64,000 nt of DNA from the human T2T-CHM13v2.0 reference genome, Homo sapiens. The stretch's first letter is position 1; every line of letters starts with the position of its first letter. Of the stretch, positions 55,092-64,000 are shown piece after piece. The stretch lies in the NCBI RefSeq assembly GCF_009914755.1, contig NC_060926.1; one strand, given 5' to 3'. The notes under the pieces are model-generated. The model saw nothing but the letters and a program-made list of their open reading frames with translations, had not been told where the DNA came from and did not search any database. Both the position numbers and the translations under genes were made by a program.

Positions 55092-55619
55092 ATGTGGCAG
55101 AAACTACTTGTTGCTTACCCAATACACATTCTATTTTCCTCCCTTAGATCACCCATTTGGTTACGGGTGACCATGTGCTCAGGTGAAATAAAATAACAAA
55201 AATACAAGTCTATATTTCTCAGATACCTTTGCAATTATATGTGACCATATGACCAAATTCTGACCAAGAGTTATAAATAGATAATTTTAGATGGGTTTTA
55301 AGGAAAAGGGAGGCAAGTGCTGCAGAGACATATTCATTATGCATGTCTTTCTTCTTCCTGGTGTCATCCCAGCCAGGCATCTTACAACTGAATGTGAGGG
55401 AAAAAGTAATAGGACTGCAGAAACTTAAAGCTTTGGGTCATTACATCAAACTTGGATCTCTTCAACCTTCAGATCTTTTATTACAAAAGAGAGGATGTCA
55501 CTAGGGTTAAGTGAGTAAATATTTAGCTTAAGACAATACCTCACATAGTAAGGCTATAAATGCAGCTATTATTTGTTTTATGAAAGGCACTGTTATATAG
55601 GTTTCTTTTTATGTATAGC
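55092..55619 (+). mobile_element. Old MLT1 (J/K-like) LTR interrupted by THE1
   Basis: tatatttctcagatacctttgcaa...gtgaccatatgaccaaattctgaccaa. Confidence 0.55.
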
Positions 55620-57916
55620 TGATATGGTTTGGCTGTGTCCTCACCCAAAACTCATCTTGAATTGTAGTTTGTGTAATCCCCACATGTCATGGGAGGGACT
55701 CGGTGGGAGGTAATGAAAACATGGGGACAGTTACCTGCATGCTGTTCTCATGATAGTGAGTGAGTTCTCACGAGATCTGATGGTTTTACAAGGGACTTCC
55801 CCAACTTCACTCTGCACTTCTCCTTGCTGCTGCCATGTGAGGAAGGATGTGTTTGCTTTCCCCTTCTGCCATGATTGTAAGTTTCCTAAGGCCTCCCCAG
55901 CCATGCCGACCTGTGAGTCAATTAAATCTCTTTCCTTTATAAATTATCCAGTCTCAAGCAATTCTTTATTAGCAGTGTGAGAACAGACTAATACAGCAAA
56001 TTGATACAGAAAGTGGGGTGCTGCTATAAAGATACCTAAAAAGGTGGAAGTGACTTTGGAACTTGGTAACAGGCAGAGGAACAGTTTGGAGGGCTCAGAA
56101 GAAGACAGAAAAATGTGGAAAAGTTTGGAACTTCCTAGAGACTTGTTGAATGGCTTTGACCAAAATGTTGATAGTGATATGGACAATGAGTCCAGGATGA
56201 GGTGGTCTCAGATGGAGATGAGAAATTTGTTGAGAAGTAGAGTAAAGGTGATTCTTGTTTTGCTTTAGCAAAGAGACTAGCATCATTTTGCCCCTGCCCT
56301 TGAGATGTGTGGAACTTTGACCTTGAGAGAGATGATTCAGAGTATCTGGCAGAAGAAATTTCTAAGTGTCAAAGCATTCAAGAGGAAACAAAGCATAAAA
56401 GTTAGGAAAATTTTGCAGCCTGACGATGAAGTAGAAAAGAAAAACCCATTTTGGGAGGAGAACATCAAGCTAGCTGCAGAAATTTGTGTAAGTAATGAGG
56501 AGGCAAATGTTAATCACCAAGACATTGGGGAAAATGTCTTCAGGGTATGTCAGAGACTTTCATAGCAGCCCCTCCCATCACAGGCCAAGAGGGAAAAATG
56601 GTTTCCTGGGCCAGGTCCAGGGCCCCCTGTTGTGTCCAGCCTTAAGGCTGTGTTCCAGCTGCTCTGGCCATGGCTAAAAAGGGCCAAGGTACAGCTCAGG
56701 TCATTGTTTCCAAGGGTGAAAGCCCCAAGCCTTGGCAGCTTCCATGTGGTGTTGGTCCTGCAGGTGGCACAGAAAACAAGAATTGAGGCTGGAGAATTTC
56801 TGCCTAGATTTTGGAGGATGTATGAAAATGCCTGGGTGTCCAGGCAGAAGTTTGCTGCAGGGATAGAGCCCTCATTGAGAATCTCTGTTAGGGCAGTGTG
56901 GAAGGGAAATATGGGGTTGGAGCTCCCATACTGAGTCTCCACTGGGGCACTGCCTAGTGGAGCTGTGATAAGAGGGCCATTGTCCTCCAGACTCCAGAAT
57001 GGTAGATCCATGGAGAGCTTGCATCGTGTGTCTGGAAAAGGTGTCTTTTCAATACCCACCTGTGAATGCAGACTGGAGGGGGGCTATACCCTTCAAAGCC
57101 TTAGGGGTGGAGCTGCTCAAGGCCATGGGAGCCCACCTCTTGCATCATCCTTCCCTGGATGTGAGACATGGAGTCAAAGGAAACCATTTTGGAACTTTAA
57201 AGTTTAATGACAGCCCTATTGGATTTTGAACTTGAATGGGGCCTGTGGCCCCTTTGTTTTGGCCAATTTCTCCCATTTGGAGCAGGTTTATTTACCCAAT
57301 ACTTGTACCTCCAGTGTGTCTAGGAAGTAACTAACTTACTTTTGATTTTACAGTCAGAAGTACCTACCTTGCTTTTGATTTTAGGCAGAAGAGACTTGCC
57401 TTGTCTCAGATGAGACTTTGGACTTGGACTTTTGAATTAATGCTGGAATGAGTTTAAGAATATGGGAGACTGTTGGGAAGGCATTATTGTGTTTTGAAAT
57501 GTGAGGACATGAGATTTGGGAGGGGACAGGGGCAGAATGATATGATTAGGCTCTGTATCCCCACCCAAATCTCATCTTGAATTGTAGCTCCCATAATCCC
57601 CACATGCCATGGGAGGGGCCCAGTATAAGGTAATTGAATCATGGGGTTGGTTACCTCCATGTTGTTTTCATGATAGTGAGTGAGTTTCATGAGATCTGAT
57701 GGTTTTATAAGAGGATTTACCCATACCCACCTTCTCTCTGCACTCCTCCTTGCTGCCACAACATGAAGAAGGATGTGTTTGCTTCCCTTTCTGCCATGAT
57801 TGTAAGTTTCCTGAGGCCTCGCCAGCCATGCTGAACTGTGAGTCAATTAAACCTCTTTCCTTAATAGGCTACCCAGTCTCGGGTATTTATTAGCAGTGTG
57901 AGAATGGACTAATACC
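55620..57916 (+). mobile_element. Full-length THE1D-like MaLR: 5' LTR 55620-55995, internal 55996-57537, 3' LTR 57538-57916
   Basis: Two LTRs tgatatg...ctaatac, a polypurine tract gggaggggacaggggcagaa, and 5-bp TSD atagc (55615-55619 / 57917-57921). Confidence 0.95.
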
Positions 57917-58019
57917 ATAGCTGAACCTATTGAATGCATAATTTAATATTAGTGCTAAGTGTAGCTAAACAATTTACTAACAGTCTAATAAGTGCTCTGA
58001 GGGCAATAACAATGTGTTC

Positions 58020-58280
58020 TGTAAAAAGGTAATTGGTGTTACATGGAAAAAGCATTCTGTGGTCAAATAAACTTAAAAAGCCCTGGAATACACAAAAAAC
58101 TATTAGATTTCTCTGTTGCAGTGCTTCTCAGAGCTTTTAGTAATTTAATGTGCATTAAGAACATCCAAGCAAGAGATTAAGTAAGCGGCATTTTCTGAAT
58201 TTCTTAAGGCAAAGAACACTCTTTCTGCACTTTACATGACTGACATTCTATACAACAACCTTTTTGGAATACTAACTTGG
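58020..58280. mobile_element. hAT-Charlie relic (MER112-like)
   Basis: ttctgtggtcaaataa...cttctcagagctttt...taatgtgcatt. Confidence 0.5.
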
Positions 58281-58494
58281 ATGTTTTAAAAGACGATTTC
58301 CATTTCTAATATATGTTATGTTTTTTTCCTGAGCATTCCTCTACTTACAGAATTCCTGAATGCACTTATTTCATTCCACCATTTTGTTCAAACTGCTCCC
58401 TTGGCTTGAGATGCAGATTTTAAAAATTAAAAGATTAATTGAGTGCTAGCATTAAATGTGTCCAGCATTATAAGAATACATTTGTAAATTGTTC

Positions 58495-58885
58495 CTGTTA
58501 ACTAATGAATAGGATATGCTAGGTCATGATGTGGTAAAAACAACAGACAATGACCCCCAAATCAATGATATATTGCAATAGATATTTACTTGCTTATCAT
58601 ACACAGATAGATCTGTGTGACTATCCAAGACATCTGTTCTCTGTGTGATGACTCAGAGACACAGGTGGCTTTGAACTCATGGCTCTCTAAGCAGGAGGCT
58701 CCCCCAAGTTTGCCATGTCAGGGAAAGAGACTTGCCTTAACATGGAAGTGAAATATGTCACTTCTTCTCACAGTTCATTGACCAGAACCAGTCATAGGGC
58801 CTTGTCTGACCGTAAGAGAGCTGAGCAGTTCAGAGACCCTTGTGCTGGGACATTGGTGAGCCCACAAAAGATCTATTACAAATTC
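58495..58885 (-). mobile_element. Old MLT1 LTR
   Basis: gtgtgatgactcagagacacagg...gtcacttcttctcacagttcattgaccagaaccagtcata. Confidence 0.55.
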
Positions 58886-60818
58886 TATAATTTAGCTGGT
58901 ATTTGTATCTTTTATTTTATTGTAAATGAGAAAACTGAGGCTTTAAAAAAGTAAGGTAACTTTCCCAAGACTACACACCATAGCTCAGATTTTAATCTAG
59001 ACCATCTGCCTCTTGGTATCACCTGACCTCATATTTACCAAGTCTGAATTCCTGTAAAAGGCTCCTCTCTACCCATCTCCCACTTCTGTGAAGGGACAGT
59101 TCAGAAAAGAGTCAAAACATCTAAAAGAAGCAAAAGTGTCTGCAATCTTCTCCCACCCCCACTTCTGTATGATGCCCCTTTACTTTTCACCAACACTTAA
59201 TGCACATCAACCTTAAAAAAGAGAAGAAAAAACTGCCCTCAACCCCCACACCTGCCATGCAGAGACAAGTGACGTTCTTCTGCTGCTTTACAGAATAGAG
59301 AGAAAACAATGGGTCCCTGTGTAGAGAGTTCTAAGTCTTTTATCTTTCTACAGATTCAACCACAGTATTGATTCTTTATTGACCTAAACTGTCCTAAGCA
59401 CGGCTGTGGTTTTTTCTCATATAGTGTATGGGAGAGTTAAGGCAGATACTACTTTAATATTGATTTTTGTGAAAAAGATGCAGGAAAGAGGGCAATTTGT
59501 GTCTGCAGTTGCTCTTCACTGTAAAAGATACCATTGTTAGGAGCTTATAGCATTATATCAAGGGTCTTAATCTGTAGCAATCTTTTCTTACAACTTAGCA
59601 ATAGGCTTGGGCAAATCTGTTATTGGTGTTAATGATATTTTGAAGTGAAGCAAATTTGTCAGCCTTTCTAAGTAAACTGTTCAACTTAACTATTTGAGGA
59701 CTTGCCAGGTTGACTCTGAGTGTGCAGAAATCTTACAACTTATTTATTTATTTGAAAGTTCATGAAAGAATGTTTTGTTGTATGAATAGTGACAACAATG
59801 TTTGCTCAATGAATCTTTGAGGAATGAGAATGATTATATAGGGCTGAAAGAAGCCATGCATATTTCCCTAGGAGAATATTTCTTCTTATTGTAAGAATCA
59901 AAGGATTCTCATTTTTGGAATATCGTTCTGTAATTCAGGAGAGAGAAAGAAAAAAATATCACTCAAGAACCCGGAATTTTATTGGTCAGAATAAAATGGC
60001 AGTTAAACTCGTGGGTGGGTTTTCGTGTTCTTGAATGAATATCTATTTTTGGAAACAGGTTCTATTTGTGTAACAGAAAAGCTTCTGAAAAGGTTTCAAT
60101 AAAGCCAGAAGAAATGGCAGATTTTCTGAATCTGACCAGCTTAATTTGTCTTATTTTTAGCAAGTGCACTCAAAATGGGCATTTGCCACTCTAAGTTCAG
60201 AGGGTTTTTCAGCTATAATTGTGTGGTTTTATTGGAATTATTTGCTTCTCTTCAGGTGGGAATGGCCAGTAAGTCAGTGAGAAGTATGAATTATGTATCT
60301 ACTGCACACAGAGCATTCTCCAAGGTGTTGGAAATAGAGGAACAGAAGACAATGATGATTTAGAGTCATGGTCCCAGAAAATGATGACCAGGGACTGGTA
60401 TGGGATGCCAGGGCACTGAACTCTTTGGGAATACTCCTCTTATCTATAAAAGCTCAAAGGGCCAGGTTCTCCGTTGTCACTAGGTAAATGTAACATGACA
60501 GTCCTTAAAGTTGAAAAGATCTAGTGCTTCTCAAGATGCACAGAACGATTTATCCTGAGAGAAAATTCTATTCACCATCTGACAATATTAAAATGATGAC
60601 TTCCACAAGTGAACGTTGTATTACCTAGTTTTAGCACTCTCTTCGGGCCTGGTTCTTGCAGTCAGATGCAAATATTCAAATTATCACTTTCTTGTAACAC
60701 CTGGTTTCTGCTTAAAACTTTAAGAAACTCCAAAATAACACCTTCTCTTCAGATTATTAGTTGGCATTTTAAACATTTGCTTTTTATCTAGTGCTATTGT
60801 TTTGAAATATATAGTGCT

Positions 60819-61167
<349 letters not shown>

Positions 61168-62019
61168 TCAAAATATCATAGTACCTGGTGCAGGTTATGT
61201 AAGAAGGCTAGAAAATTGATTATTTCAGAAGGAATAGAGGGCCTGGTCATTTAAAGACACCCTTAATCATCTTTCTTTCTTCTCTTTTAAATTTCCATAT
61301 TGAGTTTTCAGATAAAATTTGCAAAGGTACAAAAATATACCCCATATTGATTAACCCTTTGACATGAGTAAATTATTCTTTAAGCATATAAATATATGGC
61401 ATAGCAAACATGTACACAGAGATGCACACATGTAGACATGGTCACCTCTTCCCACACATTATGTCATGAAAGCTGGGACACCATGAAAATAAATATAAGC
61501 CCATATGCCAGGTCCCCAAAGAAACAAGCAAATACAGTAAAATAAACATTTTTTATCGTTTTCTACCACCCACAATTCCCTTTTTGAACTTTTTGAATTG
61601 ACATTCATATTTGTAGGAGAACTTGGACTGTTAACAGGAGGAAACTGGAGACCAAAGCTTATGGCTGAAGTGGTGAGTAAGCTGGAAGCTTGAAGTGGCC
61701 AGGTGGGGCAATCTCCTATGTGGCTTGAAGTGGCCTTGGAGGCTAGGTGAAGCATAGTGGAGGAAATAGGAGTTTTTCATCTGCCTTATTCAAATGAAGC
61801 CTATGTGTGATCTTGGGAACAAACTGCATGCTTTTTCTCCAAGAAATTTAGACAGCAGTAGAAATAACTGGAGGTTGAAATTGGTGGAGGGAAGTTATCC
61901 TCAATAATAACAAAAATCATAAAATTTCAGCTCAGGGATATGCAGACAAGTAATGCTCCTTTCAGCATCCACATTCCCCTACTACATAGACTCTTTAACA
62001 GTACCCACTGCTTGTACAG

Positions 62020-62590
62020 GGTAAGGGATAAATGGTGGTACTGCCTTTTGGACACATTATGAAAATCTTTGGAAGTATTATTTTTTGTCACAGTGATACT
62101 GACCAAGTATTCTAGATAATTTTGCACAACTAGGAAGTTTCACAGTTGGAATTTTCTGAAACAACTGCATGTAAATAAAGCCTATTTATAATTAACCCAG
62201 TCTAGAACAGAACTCCACTTAATATTTATATACGTAGCATGATTTTAACATGCACTGACTTTTTCCAGAATGTTACCATTATGTAGATTGAAGGAAAAGC
62301 ACACTTTTTTTTGTTTTGTTTTTTGTTTTTTTTTTTCTGTTTGTTTGTTTGTTTGTTTGGAAGTTATGCCAGGACATTGTTCACCATTTTAAAAAGTCAC
62401 ATCCCTGATTGTAGTATTATATCTACCAATTAGCCCACTTCTATCACTGAGTCTGCATTTGTTGCTATTGAACATGCACAGTGATTCTACATAAGTTCAA
62501 ACAACTGATTAATTATTTTATTACAACATATAACAAAATATGTGTTATAGAAAAACAGGCATCAGGTCTGATTTGGTTGACAAATACTGA
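62020..62590. mobile_element. MER20B-like hAT-Charlie relic
   Basis: ttgtcacagtgatactg...ttttccagaatg...gaaggaaaag...ttgttcaccatttt...gttgacaaatactg. Confidence 0.5.
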
Positions 62591-64000
62591 TTGCAAAAAT
62601 AATAATAATAATAATCTGGTTTATCCCTCCCATATACTATCTTAGTTTTAAATAGTCATCTTCAGACATTTCCTCACTGTCCAGTTTCTGGCTTGACCCT
62701 TTAAAAAAAAAATTCTTCAGACAAGGCACCCAGGGTTGGAAACCAGGGCTGTGGAATCCTTTTCCTGGCCACAACCCTGGTTTTCAACAATTTTTGCTGT
62801 ATTCTATTCCATTGCAGCCACAGTACTCCAGTCTACTGTGGATAAATTCCTCTCCCAGGTAAACTCAACTGTGGTACCAACCTCAGTTTGCCTCAGCCCT
62901 AGAACTGGAGGAAACTCTGTGGTCACACAATCCATTTGAAGGTGGAAAAAGTGATTCCCAGATAAGTTTAGTGAACGTGTCTAAGTTTATATTGTTATCA
63001 TAGAGAACTTGAGGCTTTCTCCAGAGATGAGGAAAATAAGATTGTGCCCTGAGCATCGATTCTTCTCATTCTATACATAATTATCAGAGCTGTTGTTAGG
63101 CAAAGTTACCTTAAAGAGACCTAATGGCTGTCAGCTTATATTATCAGACTGGACTGTGATATGATTGATATCTTCTTTGAAAATGCAAATATGCTCAATG
63201 GGATGCCTCACATAGGGAATTTTGACAGTAGACTTCCAAGCTCTATCTAGCGCTGAGGAAATGTAAGCCATTAGACTTTCAATGTTCAATTCTATAAACA
63301 GGAGTATCTCTATTATGAAATAGATGCACAGAAGTCTAGCTAAGCCTGATCATATTAACTGCCAATTCACCTAAATAGCTTCCTTTATTATGAGTCCATG
63401 TCCACCATGGTTACATTTCGTTCTCTAAGGAGGAAAAGGGCTGGTTATGTGGAAGAAATCTAAGTTGTGGCATCATTTTTATAGGCAATAAATGTGTTGG
63501 CAATCTTTAATTTAAAACAATTAAATACATTTCTGATTATGGCTTGGCCTTTTCAATTAGCTTGATGTACAGATCACAAAGTGGGAATGAGTTGATCATG
63601 CAGGCACGATTACTTTGCTTCCAAGCAACAAACATTTCCCTTTGCAAATTGATGAATCAACATTCTGATTAATTTATATACAATTCTAAGAGATAAGCCC
63701 TCCATTAGTGCTCACCGGTTTCTGATTCTGCAAGTCTGAGGTGTGTGGTATGAACAGAAATTTCCCACAAGACTGTAAACTCCACATAGGCAAGTATACT
63801 TTACCCATGGCTTTATTCCCAATGCCTGAGAGTGCCTGGCATATTTTTTGAATGAATGCGCATTTCTCTGGAGGAGACAAACTTCTAGATACTCTTCAGG
63901 GCTGTGCTCCATCTCCACCGCCATCATCACCACTGGTTTCAGTCACATCTGTTTTTCTGCTGTTGTTAGCACACCTGGGACTAGGTGTCCTGACTTTGTT

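Noticed and set aside
55750-57846. Cluster of 60-169 aa ORFs
   Set aside because: Decayed THE1 internal and LTR sequence with no continuous frame.

Overview
This is 64 kb of primate, most likely human/hominoid, non-coding DNA (intergenic or deep intronic). It is AT-rich and dominated by interspersed repeats: Alu J/S/Y, a 5'-truncated L1PA, old L1M/L2/CR1/MIR, MaLR and ERV LTRs, and hAT DNA transposons. I can support no host protein-coding exon, tRNA or rRNA. The only recognisable protein-like ORFs are retroelement relics (L1 ORF2p C-terminus and a HERV-K gag). Repeat family names come from my recall of consensus sequences, not from a RepeatMasker run, and boundaries of old elements are approximate. 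I found no evidence of a new multi-gene system. The most interesting signals are structural scars. (1) A one-LTR HERV-K(HML-4)-like provirus fragment is bracketed by a 224-bp direct duplication of host DNA. (2) A 101-bp inverted repeat (99/101 identical) surrounds a 957-bp spacer and looks like an inversion with breakpoint duplications. (3) A 5'-truncated AluY has an unusually long (33 bp or more) target-site duplication (TSD). (4) A full-length THE1D keeps a DUX4-type motif only in its 3' LTR.
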